64,000 bases of DNA from Alphaproteobacteria bacterium (lineage in GTDB: Bacteria; Pseudomonadota; Alphaproteobacteria; SHVV01), in contig OZ253470.1 of NCBI GenBank assembly GCA_965261735.1, positions 2,688,001 to 2,752,000 on the forward strand, read 5' to 3'. The notes under the pieces are model-generated. The model worked only from the letters and a program-made list of their open reading frames with translations, ran no database searches and was not told where the DNA came from. Shown piece after piece: positions 39,994 to 50,009 of this stretch. Numbering within the stretch: the first letter of the stretch is position 1; every line of letters begins with the position of its first letter. The translations under genes were made by a program, and so were the position numbers.

Positions 39994-42282
39994 TCGATCC
40001 ATTCCCGGCACCATTCCGTCAGCTTCGCCTGGCCGGCCGCACATTCGATGAAGTCGCGCCGCTGGTGCACCCAGCACCAGCACAGAATCACCTTGCCGTC
40101 GAGCTCGCGCGCCATCTTTCCGTAGGCGGTGTAGCGGTCGCAGACCAGGAACACGATGCCCTTGACCGAACCGAACAGCTTCATCGCGACCTCGGCGCTG
40201 CGCGAGGGGTCGATGAGGAAGTAGACCGCGTCGGCGCTGACCGAGATCCACAGCCACGCGCGCCGCGAGCGGCCGGTCTCGCTCAGCGACTGGATGCGCC
40301 AGCCGGTCTCGTCGCCGTGGCGCACCGCCATCTCGTTCTGGTGCGCGAGGATCGCCTTGGCGAGGGGTTCGAACAGCGGCAGGAAGCGGGGCCCGCTGCC
40401 GGCCACCGTCCCCGGCGCGATTGCCAGCCCCTGGTCCGCCATCCACGCCGCGACACGACGCAGGGGCCGGAAGCAGGCAAAGCGCTCGAAGAGGATGCGC
40501 GCCCAGACGGTGGTCCCACAGGGCGTCCTGGGAAACAGCCGTGGCACCGGTGGCGCCGCCACCTCCAGGGGCGAGGACGCACAGTCGCAACCCCGGCGGT
40601 AGCGGGGACGGACGATTCTGCGGATGTGGGCCTTGACCTCGATCTCGATGACGGTCGAGGAAAGCTCCCCATTGGCGACATAGGGCTTCCCGCAACAGGA
40701 ACAGACGCGCGCGTCCTGCGGCGGATTGTGCCGTTCCTCCTTCTCCTCGAGCGTCGGCCGCTGGGTGCGGCTGTGCCCGGGAGCGCCGCGTTGCTGGCCT
40801 CGCTTGCGCTCCGAGCGCGCCTTGTCCTGCTTCTCGCTCTTGCTGCCGTAGAGCGCCTTCGACAGCACGGCCCGGGTCGTACGAAGCTTGGCAATCCGGG
40901 CTTCCAGTCTCGCGTTCAGGGCCCGCAGCACCTTGATCTTCTTGCCCAGCCGTTCGTTCCTTGCCTATCCGGTTAACGCCCATGGCCGCTACATGTAGGG
41001 TGCCGCCACTCTCCCGAGTAAAGCTCGGCATAGGTTGGAGCAGAGGTGTCGCCCGCGATGCCGAGCAATGAGCGGAAGGCGTTGAACGGGTAGAACCGCC
41101 TGTTGAAGCGGAAGGTGAACTCGTTGAGGTAGGCTTGTAGGTGCTGGTGGCTAACGCCGTGGTGAGATACCGATCAGCCACGTCTTCAGGTTGGCGAAAA
41201 CCAGATGGATGATCGGCAGGTATTGCTCGGTAACCTCTGGATCACCACACTCGGCAACAGCGAAGTGCTCATAGCCGCGCTTACCGAGGCCAGCATAGCC
41301 GCTCCAATCGTCAGTAACGATCAGCGATCGCGGCGCGACGGTGCTCTCGACGAACCCACAGAGCGACTCGGCGCTACGGTCGAGCACGACGGCGAGCCGA
41401 ACGCGTCCGGCATAGCGTCCGTCTTTCCGGTTGTCGAGCTTGGTGCCCGGCTTTCGATGACGCACCTCGATGGCACAGGAGACGGGAACCTTGTGGTGAA
41501 CACCACGGCCTTCCCCACGCGTTCGCCCGCCAACCCAGGTTTCGTCCACCTCAACATGGTTCTTGGGCTGTCCACCGATCCTGTCTTGGTTGGGCCGCAC
41601 CATGCCCGAGCGGAGCTTGTGGAGAATTTGAAAGGCCGTCTCGTAGCGCGAAAGACCAAGTTGCCGCTGAAACTGCACGGCGGACATGCCGGGCGTCTGA
41701 CTGGCGACCAGATAAGCGGCCCAGAACCAGACGTTCAGCGGAGTGTGGCTACGCTCCATCACTGTTCCCACCGTCAGCCCGGTGTTCTGGCGGCACTTGC
41801 GGCAGCGCAAAGCCGTCTCCCCAGCGGGCTTTCTCCAGGTAGGCGGCGCAGGCCGCATCATCGGGGAAAAGTCGCTGGAACTCGGGTAGCGAATGCGGGA
41901 ATGGGAGATCGGCGCGGTCGAGAACATCCATGGCGCGCTCCCCTATATCCGGTTTGCGCCCATTCTAGCCCTAGTGGGTGTGGGTGTAAACCGGATAGGC
42001 AAGGTTCGTTCGCCTTGCGCAGCGACGCAATGGTCTTGTCCCGGTCGCGCAACCTCCTGAAGACCGCGGGCAGCAGGGGACGTTCGGCAAGCTCGGCCTC
42101 CAGCCCCTCCTTCTCGAGGGCGGACTTCCTCAGGGCAATTGCCAGATGGTCGACGCGCCTCGTCAGCAAAGCGATGAGGTCCATCTGGTCGTGGTATCCC
42201 GCCAACTCCCCACGCAGCAGCTTGGCCTCGCCGGACAGCCTGCGTACTGTCTTCTTGAGACCCTGCAACGGCTCCAGCTCGC
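39994..42282 (-). pseudogene. IS66-family TnpC transposase remnant interrupted by IS1595 copy 3
   Basis: Coiled-coil N-terminus ...LRKANE joins RLGKKIKVLRALNARLE..LYGSKSEK, GQQRGAPGH, CSCCG, HGDETGW, CDRY.AY, CWVHQRRDF. Confidence 0.85.
40960..42003 (-). mobile_element. IS1595-family element copy 3 (62-bp deletion and 1-bp insertion, frameshifted)
   Basis: IRs present; 8-bp TSD GTTCGTTC at 40952-40959 and 42004-42011. Confidence 0.95.
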
Positions 42283-42823
42283 GGCCCAGCCGCGGCCCGG
42301 GAGGATCGAAGCGCATTACCCTCGGCCGGCATGGCGAGCTCACCGTCGAGCAGGCGCGCAAACAGGCGGTTGCCGTCATCGACCGCATCAAAAGGGGCGA
42401 GAACCCGGTGGCGGCACCGCCGGAGCCCGCGTTCACCGTTGCCGATCTGGCGGAACGGTACATGGAGGCGCATGTGGCGGTGAACTGTAACGCGCACACC
42501 CAGGGGATCTACCGGGGATCGCTCGACAACCACATCCTGCCGGCGCTGGGAAAGATGCCGATCACTTCGGTGGGCCGGTCCGAAGCGGCGGCGCTGCACT
42601 ACGAACTCCGCAACACCCCCCGGGCAGCGAACCGTGCGCTTATGGTGCTGTCCAAGATGTTCTCGTTGGCCGAGGACTGGGGACTGGCTCCGGCTGGCGG
42701 CAACCCTTGCCGTTTCGTGCGCAAGTACAAGGAAGGCATGCGCGAGCGGTTCCTCACACCGGACGAGTACCGGCGGTTGGGCCGGGTGTTGTGTTCCCTC
42801 GATGCCGGTGGCCCGTTATCGCC
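42283..42823 (+). pseudogene. Phage/island-type tyrosine integrase fragment (arm-binding and core-binding domains)
   Basis: KRITLGRHGELTVEQARKQA, TVADLAERYM, HILPALG, ANRAL.VLSKMF, NPC, RERFLT.DE; catalytic domain missing. Confidence 0.85.
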
Positions 42824-43235
42824 CCAGCTCGCTCGCCCGAAGCCCTGCGGCGTAGGCCGTCATCAGCAAGGCGGGATGCTTGTGGTTGGTGGTCACGGTA
42901 AACAGCCGCACGAGCTCGCCGCGGTTGAGGATCCGAGGCAGGGTGGACGGCGTCTTGGCACCCGGCAGATAGAAGTGCGGGTCGGGCAAACCGAGCGTGA
43001 TGCGGTACAGGAAGCGGACGCCGTGGCGAACGCAGTTGCAGCTCTGCCAGGTCAACCCCTTCTGTTCGTGCAAATAGATGAGGGAGTGCTGGACTTCCGG
43101 AGCGGAGATCCGGTCGGGGCTGCGACGATAGTGACGTGCGAGCCCGCCAACCGAGTTGAGGTACGATTTCTTGGTGTTCTCGGCGAGTCCGCGAACGGTC
43201 ATGTCGTCGGTCATGCGTTGGCGCAGCGGTGTCAT
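42816..43235 (-). pseudogene. Tyrosine recombinase N-terminal fragment of the type paired with IS91-like transposases
   Basis: MTPLRQRMTDDMTVRGLAENTKKSY...SPD...LPRIL...LMTAYAAGLRASE, then truncated. Confidence 0.8.
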
Positions 43236-43456
43236 GGGTCGTCTCCCTCTGGGTCTGATCGGTCACGAAAACACGCCTATGCTCTCGCTCGCCGGTGAGG
43301 CGGTCGACGACCATTTATCAAGGAGGGAGAAACGCGGATCAGGGCTTGTGCCGGCAAGCCGAGCCGCAAGGTCCGCTTCAACTTGCTTGGTGTAGGGAGA
43401 TCACTGCGAACACCCGGCAGGCAAGACACCCCGCCGCGGAACGCGGCTCAGTTCTA

Positions 43457-43488
43457 TTCTTGTTATGCAGAGCTCTGCATAACAAGAA
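43457..43488. repeat. Perfect 32-bp palindrome
   Basis: TTCTTGTTATGCAGAG|CTCTGCATAACAAGAA. Confidence 0.95.
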
Positions 43489-43612
43489 GGACGGGGATGC
43501 CGATCTTGCGCGCCTTGTCGATCAAATTGTTTGTGATGCCGGAGCCGGGAAAGGCGACGAGACCCTTCGGCAGGAAGTTCAGCAGGACGTCGTTGCGCCG
43601 GAAGGGCGCGGC
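43463..43612 (-). pseudogene. DUF2493/SLOG-like protein C-terminal remnant
   Basis: Manual translation AAPFRRNDVLLNFLPKGLVAFPGSGITNNLIDKARKIGIPV. Confidence 0.65.
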
Positions 43613-43781
43613 CTCATACGCATGCCGTGCCGCCGGCGAAGAACCCGGCGGGATGCGCGCCGAATTCGCGGCGATGGCACACGCGCCAGGGACGATGGAA
43701 CCGATGGAACCGGCGGTGCCGTCGTTCGGCCCGGGCTCGGGTATCTTGAAATTCGGACGTTACCGGCCTAGAGTCCGAACC

Positions 43782-43979
43782 ATGCTCAAGGATCGGGACA
43801 TAGTGACGCGCGTGAAGCCTGTTCGGCGGGCTGCGTGGCGTGACCGGGTCAAGGCCGACCTGGCTGCCCAGGTCGAGGCCGGGGGCACACTGTACGGTTA
43901 CCGCAAGGACGGGGCCTACATTGCCCGGACCAGGGACGGAGACCGGATCGTCACGCCGGGTGTGCGCGAGAGAGCCTGA
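43782..43979 (+). CDS. Small hypothetical protein, possible antitoxin partner
   Basis: 65 aa, MLKDRDIVTRVKPVRRAAWRDRVKADLAAQVEAGGTLYGYRKDG..., directly upstream of the zeta-like kinase. Confidence 0.5.
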   Translation: MLKDRDIVTRVKPVRRAAWRDRVKADLAAQVEAGGTLYGYRKDGAYIARTRDGDRIVTPGVRERA

Positions 43980-44002
43980 TCCGGCCGCCAGCGCCCGCGG
44001 CC

Positions 44003-44581
44003 ATGCCGACGCTCCACATCGTGGCCGGTCCGAACGGTTCGGGAAAATCTACATTGACGCGGTCAAGGCGATTTGGCGGGGCCCATGTCATCGACCCCGA
44101 TGCGATCGCCCACCGAATCGCACCGGGCGATCTCGAAAGCGCGACACTGTCGGCCGGCCGCGAGGCAGCGCGGGAACGGCGCGTCATACTCGCCGGCCGG
44201 CGGACGCTGGTGGTGGAAACCACGTTGGCGGGCAAGTCGATGCTTCGCGTCATGGAGCAGGCGCAGGCCGCGGGCTACAGGGTGGAGTTGCATTACGTCT
44301 CTGTTAATTCCGTCGCCGAGGCGCTGGACAGAATTGCCAGCCGCGTTGTGCAGGGTGGCCATGATGTGCCGGAGGTGGATGTGAGGCGGCGCTTTGCCCG
44401 CTCACTGGCGAACCTCCCGGCGGCTATTGCGCGTTCCGATATTGCCAGGCTTTACGACAATGCCAGCACGGAAGAACCGCATCGCGAAGTTGCAATCCTA
44501 GCGCCCGGGTCGCGTTGGATTGCCGAGAATCCACCGGGTTGGTTAGATGCCGCGGTTTCTAGCACAGGATCGTCGAGTTAA
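44003..44581 (+). CDS. Zeta-toxin-like P-loop kinase/ATPase (COG4185-like)
   Basis: IVAGPNGSGKST, IDPDAIA, VETTLAG, RIASRVVQGGHDVPE.DVRRRF.RSL.NL, YDN. Confidence 0.85.
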   Translation: MPTLHIVAGPNGSGKSTLTRSRRFGGAHVIDPDAIAHRIAPGDLESATLSAGREAARERRVILAGRRTLVVETTLAGKSMLRVMEQAQAAGYRVELHYVSVNSVAEALDRIASRVVQGGHDVPEVDVRRRFARSLANLPAAIARSDIARLYDNASTEEPHREVAILAPGSRWIAENPPGWLDAAVSSTGSSS

Positions 44582-44753
44582 CGGAACGACCTGTCGCAGC
44601 GGTGGTGAGGATGATCACACCGCCCGCCAGGGTCAACTGTCGGGCTATCTCGCTCTTGGTTGTCGCGCCCTGAGCGTAGATCAACAGGTTGGTGTCGAGG
44701 AATAGCGAGCGCCTCTTTTCCAGCCTGGCCGTACGCCGCCTAGCTCTCGACAT
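44559..44753 (-). pseudogene. PIN/VapC toxin N-terminal fragment
   Basis: FLDTNLLIYA....KSEIARQL...GGVI; no further PIN domain. Confidence 0.6.
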
Positions 44754-44817
44754 TCAGCGCAGCGCGCGGATGTAACTTCAGCGTCTGGTTACAGCGAGGG
44801 AGGTATTCGATCTCCGG

Positions 44818-45219
44818 GTGCCGACGTCGTCGGGGCACGACACGCTTCGCCAGGGCGCGACGGTAACCTGTGAGATCGTGAAGGGTCGCAAGGGCCCGGA
44901 GGTCTCGCACATCCACGCAGTCGATGTTCCGACCGCCCAGGGAAGCGACACGGGGGACGGTCAGCCCGGACAGGGCTTCCCCCGGACCCGGAATGGCGCG
45001 ATCAGGAGATGGCCGCCGAGGTCCGGGGCGCGGTCAAGTTCTGCGATGCGGGCAAGGGCTTCGGCTGTCGTGCCCGACGGCGGCGGCCCGGAGGTGTTCG
45101 TCCATTTCAGCGCGCTCAGCAGGTCGGGCATCGACGAACTGCAACCCGGGCAGCGCGCCAGCGTTTGGGCGGAGAAGGCCGCGCGCGGCCTCGGGGCGAG
45201 GGAGCTCGAGCTGATCTGA
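44818..45219 (+). pseudogene. Double cold-shock-domain protein remnant
   Basis: GATVTCEIVKGRKGPEV; GAVKFCDAGKGFG (shifted frame); PDGGGPEVFVHFSAL.RSG...LQPGQR. Confidence 0.75.
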
Positions 45220-45336
45220 GGATGGCAGCTACGAAGAGGCGAAGAACCACGCAATCAAGTCGGTTCTCGCCTACAAGCTCGAGCAGGCGATGAAAGCACA
45301 GAACCTGTCAAGGGCGCGCATGGCGGCGCGCATGGA
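45220..45336 (+). pseudogene. XRE/HigA-like antitoxin fragment truncated by IS256
   Basis: Manual translation DGSYEEAKNHAIKSVLAYKLEQAMKAQNLSRARMAARME. Confidence 0.55.
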
Positions 45337-46785
45337 GATCGTGTCCCGCGGAGTGGTGTAAGAGCGTTGCGCTCTACGCGGCTCCCGGCGGGTAGGGCCG
45401 GGACGTTCAGGCTGCCACGGTGGGCAGCGTGATGGGGACACCATCGCTCAGCGGAGCGATGGATTCCAGCGTCATGTATCTCCTTGAGACGGCCCACTCG
45501 TCGTTCTGCTCGAGAAGGATGGCGCCGACGAGCCGTGTGATGGCGGCTTCGTTGGGAAAGATACCGACGACGTTGGTGCGACGCTTGACCTCGGCATGGA
45601 GCCGTTCGATCGGGTTTGTGGAGTGCAATTTCTGGCGGTGCTCCCTGGGGAAGCTCATGTAGGCGAGGACGTCGTGCTCGGCTTCGTCCATGAGAACTGC
45701 CAGCTTGGGCACCTTGGGCCTGAGCTGGTCGGCGACCTGGCGCCACTGGACCTTCGCGCTGTCGGCGTCCTCCTGGGCGAAGGCGGTGGCGACGAAGGCG
45801 GAGACGACGCGCCGGCCCTGGCGGCCGGCATGGGCCAGCAGGTTGCGGGCGAAGTGCACGCGGCAGCGCTGCCATGTGGCGCCGAGGATCCGGGTCGCGG
45901 CGGCCTTCAGGCCCTTGTGGTCGTCGGAGATCACGAGCTTCACGCCGCGCAGCCCGCGCCGGGCCAGCGAGCGCAGGAACTCGGTCCAGAAGGTCTCGGC
46001 CTCCGACGCGCCGATCGCCACGCCCAGGACCTCGCGGCGGCCTTGGTCGTTGACGGCCACAGCCACGGTCACCGTGACCGAGACGATGCGTCCGGTCTGG
46101 CGCACCTTCACGTAGGTGGCGTCGAGCCACAGATAGGGCCAGTCGCCCTCCAGCGGTCGATCGAGGAAGCCGTTGACCTTATCGTCGATCTCGCCGCACA
46201 GCCTGGAGACCTGGCTCTTGGAGGCGCCCGACATCCCCATCGCCTGAACCAGATCGTCGACCGAGCGGGTCGACACCCCCTGGATGTAGGCCTCCTGGAT
46301 CACCGCAGCCAGCGCCTTCTCGGCCATCCGCCGCGGCTCCAGGAAGCCCGGGAAGTAGCTTCCCTTCCTCAGCTTCGGGATCTTCAGCTCGACCGTGCCG
46401 GCCCGCGTCTCCCAGGACCGGTCGCGGTAGCCGTTGCGATGGGTGATACGATCCGCCGAGCGCTCGCCGTGCCCGGCGCCGGTCAGGCCCTCAACCTCCA
46501 GTGCCATCAGCCGCTCGGCCGTGAAGCCGATCATCTCGCAAAGCAGATCGGCATCGGAGTTCTTCTCCAAAAGCGCGCGCAGGGTCATCATGTCCTGGGT
46601 CATCGTGGTTCTCCTTCGGGTCAGGTTGGTTTGCACTAGCCCAACCCTAAACCGGAACCGCGATGGCCTCCGCTGTGGATAGCCGGCTTGCCTACGCCAG
46701 ACTCTCGGCGGTCGCTACGGCAAGCCGCCTACCCACAGCTACCAGAGGCTCCAACAACTCCTACACCACGTCCTGGGACACGACC
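45337..46785 (-). mobile_element. IS256-family element copy 2 (tnp 45407-46603, intact)
   Basis: 1449 bp, near-identical to copy 1, inverted; no TSD. Confidence 0.96.
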
Positions 46786-46879
46786 GGTCGGAATACGCGG
46801 CGAGTGCCAGCAGGACGAGTTTGCGCAGGCCGCCGTATCGCTCGCTGTCCACGACGGCGCGCATGACGGGGATGCTCAT
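46786..46879 (-). pseudogene. Phage-type HTH replication protein N-terminal stub
   Basis: MSIPVMRAVVDSERYGGLRKLVLLALAAYSD, cut by IS256. Confidence 0.55.
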
Positions 46880-46940
46880 TATGGCGTCTCGCGCGCAGGG
46901 CCACGCGCATTGCCGGAAATCCCGTTAGATTCAGCACCGA

Positions 46941-46960
46941 AACTGTGCATTTGCACAGTT
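46941..46960. repeat. Inverted repeat near the island att end
   Basis: AACTGTGCA-TT-TGCACAGTT, 50 nt from the tRNA-Thr 3-prime end. Confidence 0.7.
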
Positions 46961-47010
46961 ATTGCCGGTTTAAGCGATGTGGATGAAACCGCTAAGTGAT
47001 TGAAAAACAG

Positions 47011-47085
<75 letters not shown>

Positions 47086-47235
47086 GCTAAGTTTCGCGAA
47101 CCATGCCATGCGCGCCCGGCGCCGCGCAAGCCGTGCCCCGACCGATCCGGCGACGCCATGGCGCCCGGCGCTTGACGGCAACGGGCGCGCACGCGAGGGT
47201 GCGCCGGGTCAGGTTAGATGCCTCGGGAGTTGGCG

Positions 47236-47418
47236 ATGAAGGCGCGCGATGCGGGGGCGCCCGGGACGCGACGGGCTAATGCGGCGCAGCGCAAGGACCG
47301 CCTGGCGGCTGCGCTCCGCGAAAACCTCAAGCGGCGCAAGGCCCAAGGCCGCGCGCGCCAGGCCGCTGATGACGGCGGCTCAGCGGCTACGCCGGCCGGG
47401 CGCGCCCGGGCTTTCTAG
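47236..47418 (+). CDS. Small alphaproteobacterial hypothetical protein upstream of murA
   Basis: RKDRLAAALRENLKRRKAQ.RAR motif. Confidence 0.75.
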   Translation: MKARDAGAPGTRRANAAQRKDRLAAALRENLKRRKAQGRARQAADDGGSAATPAGRARAF

Positions 47419-47509
47419 GGCACGCCGGATTTGCAACCCGTGTCGGATGGCTCTATGAGTGCGCGCGTCTGAACACGGCTGCGGCCGTGCCGGACGGAGC
47501 TGGAGTCCA

Positions 47510-48799
47510 ATGGACGCACTACGCATCACCGGGGGGGTGCCGCTCCGCGGCAGTATCGCAATCAGTGGCGCGAAAAACGCCGCACTGCCGCTCATGGCCG
47601 CGAGCCTGTTGACCGACGAGGGGCTGAACCTCGGCAACCTGCCCGATCTTGCCGACATCGACACGATGGCGCTGCTGCTGCGCCAGCTCGGCGTCGACAT
47701 TCGCGACAGCGGCGACCGGGGTACGCCGGCCGAGCCCGGCGGCCGGGCGATGGTGCTCGACGCCGCCGAGATCGCCAGCACGACCGCCCCCTACGACCTT
47801 GTCCGGCGTATGCGCGCCTCGGTGCTCGTCCTCGGCCCGCTCCTCGCCCGCTTCGGCCACGCCCGCGTGTCACTGCCGGGGGGCTGCGCGATCGGGCCGC
47901 GGCCGGTGGATCTGCACCTGCGCGGGCTGACCCGGCTCGGGGCCACGATCGATCTCGACAACGGATACATCGACGCCTCCGCGCCGAACGGCCTCACGGG
48001 AGCCGAGATCAGCTTCCCGGCCGTGTCCGTGGGCGCGACCGAGAACGTGCTGATGGCGGCCTGCCTCGCCGACGGCGAGACGGTGCTCGACAACGCGGCG
48101 CGCGAGCCCGAGATCGTCGACCTCGCCAACTGTCTCCTCGCCATGGGTGCCGACATCGAGGGCATCGGCACCGAACGGCTCACGGTGCGAGGTGCCAAGA
48201 GCCTGCACCACGCCGACTACAGCGTGCTGCCCGACCGCATCGAGACCGCGACCTATGCCATGGCCGCCGCCGCCACCGGCGGCGAGGTCGAGCTCGTCGG
48301 TGCGCGCGCGGACCTCATCGGCGCGGTCGTCGAGGTGCTCCATGAGGCTGGCGTCGTGCTCAAGCCGACCGAGCACGGGCTCATGGCCCTGCGCAACGGG
48401 GGTGCGATTACGGGTGTCGACACCACAACCCAGCCCTATCCGGGATTTCCGACAGACCTGCAGGCCCAACTCATGGCGCTGCTCGCGACCGCTGAGGGCG
48501 CCTCTACGGTGACCGAGACGATCTTCGAGAACCGATTCATGCACGTCCCCGAACTCAATCGGATGGGTGCGAACATCGCCGTCCATGGCGCCTTCGCCGT
48601 GGTCCGTGGCGTGCCGCGCCTCAGGGGTGCGCCGGTCATGGCGACCGATATCCGGGCCTCGGTGTCACTGGTGATCGCTGCTCTGGTGGCCGAGGGCCAG
48701 ACCACCATCAACCGCCTCTACCATCTCGATCGCGGTTACGAGAAGCTGGTCGAGAAGCTCGCCGGCTGCGGCGCTCGGATCGAGCGCTTCCGGGCATGA
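47510..48799 (+). CDS. murA: UDP-N-acetylglucosamine 1-carboxyvinyltransferase
   Basis: [54 protein letters not shown]. Confidence 0.98.
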   Translation: MDALRITGGVPLRGSIAISGAKNAALPLMAASLLTDEGLNLGNLPDLADIDTMALLLRQLGVDIRDSGDRGTPAEPGGRAMVLDAAEIASTTAPYDLVRRMRASVLVLGPLLARFGHARVSLPGGCAIGPRPVDLHLRGLTRLGATIDLDNGYIDASAPNGLTGAEISFPAVSVGATENVLMAACLADGETVLDNAAREPEIVDLANCLLAMGADIEGIGTERLTVRGAKSLHHADYSVLPDRIETATYAMAAAATGGEVELVGARADLIGAVVEVLHEAGVVLKPTEHGLMALRNGGAITGVDTTTQPYPGFPTDLQAQLMALLATAEGASTVTETIFENRFMHVPELNRMGANIAVHGAFAVVRGVPRLRGAPVMATDIRASVSLVIAALVAEGQTTINRLYHLDRGYEKLVEKLAGCGARIERFRA

Positions 48800-49350
48800 G
48801 GGCAAACGATGCACGAGCGTCGGGTGGGGCCATGAGGCTGCGCTCAGCGGACGCCGATGACCTGCGGGTCCTCGCCGCTTGCCTCGAGGACGCCCTCGTC
48901 CCCTACGGGGCGATGAGCTACCTGCCGAGGCAGCGCCGGTTCGCCGCCGTCCTCAACCGCTTTTGCTGGGAGGCCGAGACGGAGGCCGATGCAACAGGCG
49001 ACGTGTACCAGCGGGTCAGATGCGGCGTACATTTCGACTCGGTGCTGGCCGTCAAGACCCAGGGGCTCGAGCGCGTGAGCAAGAACGAGGTTCTGTCGCT
49101 GCTCACGATTGCCTGCGATCCGGGCGAGGAGGGGGCGGCCACACTCACGCTGGTCTTCGGCGGCGCCGCCGCCATACGGCTCGAGGTCGAGTGCATCGAT
49201 GGCCACCTCGAGGACCTTGGTGAGCCCTGGCCGGCCAAGCACAAGCCGGGTCACTTCGACGACGAGCAGAGCCCGCGAACCAAGAACGCGCCGACAGCGG
49301 CGCCGGTCGCCGCGGGCGATGCGCCGGGCGAGAGCGGGAGCGAGTCGTGA
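48796..49350 (+). CDS. DUF2948 family protein
   Basis: [35 protein letters not shown]; position after murA. Confidence 0.88.
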   Translation: MRANDARASGGAMRLRSADADDLRVLAACLEDALVPYGAMSYLPRQRRFAAVLNRFCWEAETEADATGDVYQRVRCGVHFDSVLAVKTQGLERVSKNEVLSLLTIACDPGEEGAATLTLVFGGAAAIRLEVECIDGHLEDLGEPWPAKHKPGHFDDEQSPRTKNAPTAAPVAAGDAPGESGSES

Positions 49351-50009
49351 GTGCGAACGAGCCACTCGTCCTCGCGCTGCCCAAGGGGCGCATTCTCGAC
49401 GAGGCGCTTCCGGTGCTGCGGGCCGCCGGCGTCGAGCCGGAGCCAGAATTCGCCGATCCGGAATCGCGCCAGCTCAGATTCGCGACCAACGAGCCGCAGC
49501 TCGAGATCATCCGCGTGCGCAGCTTCGACGTCGCTACCTTCGTTGCCTTTGGTGCGGCCCAGCTCGGCGTCGCCGGCAACGACGTCCTGATGGAGTTCGA
49601 CTACGCCGAGATCTTCGCCCCGCTCGATCTCGGCGTCGGGCGGTGCCGCCTGTGCGTCGCCGAGCCCGCGGCCTTGATGGTGGACGACGATCCGGCGCGC
49701 TGGAGTCACGTTCGTGTGGCCACCAAATACCCCGAGATCACGCGCCGCCACTTCGCCGCCCGCGGCGTGCAGGCCGAGTGCATCAAGCTCAATGGCGCCG
49801 TTGAGCTTGCGCCGCGCCTCGGCCTGTGCCGGCGGATCGTCGACCTCGTCGACTCGGGAGCCACGCTGAGGGCGAACGGGCTCGTCGAGGTTGAGCACAT
49901 CGTGGATGTCTCCTCGCGACTGATCATCAATCGGCCGGCCGTGAAGACGCGGCCAACCGAACTCGGTGGCTGGGTCGATCGCTTGCGAAGAGTCGTCGAT
50001 GGCGCTTAG
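49347..50009 (+). CDS. hisG: ATP phosphoribosyltransferase, short form
   Basis: [48 protein letters not shown]. Confidence 0.97.
   Translation: MSANEPLVLALPKGRILDEALPVLRAAGVEPEPEFADPESRQLRFATNEPQLEIIRVRSFDVATFVAFGAAQLGVAGNDVLMEFDYAEIFAPLDLGVGRCRLCVAEPAALMVDDDPARWSHVRVATKYPEITRRHFAARGVQAECIKLNGAVELAPRLGLCRRIVDLVDSGATLRANGLVEVEHIVDVSSRLIINRPAVKTRPTELGGWVDRLRRVVDGA

Larger units (their letters stand above)
34456..47010. mobile_element. Decayed genomic island downstream of tRNA-Thr(GGT)
   Basis: Abuts the tRNA 3-prime end and contains integrase fragments, IS1595/IS256/IS21/IS66 pieces and TA relics. No second att copy found. Confidence 0.75.

Noticed and set aside
41205-43298. 697-aa ORF as a novel fusion protein
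   Set aside because: Chance read-through across antisense IS1595, antisense IS66, an integrase fragment and an antisense second integrase.
42283-44760. Bona fide integron
   Set aside because: Neither integrase fragment retains a catalytic domain or the IntI-specific insertion, and no array of complete attC sites is evident.
38027-46785. Composite transposon formed by the inverted IS256 pair
   Set aside because: Outer flanks share no target duplication and the cargo is mostly fragments.
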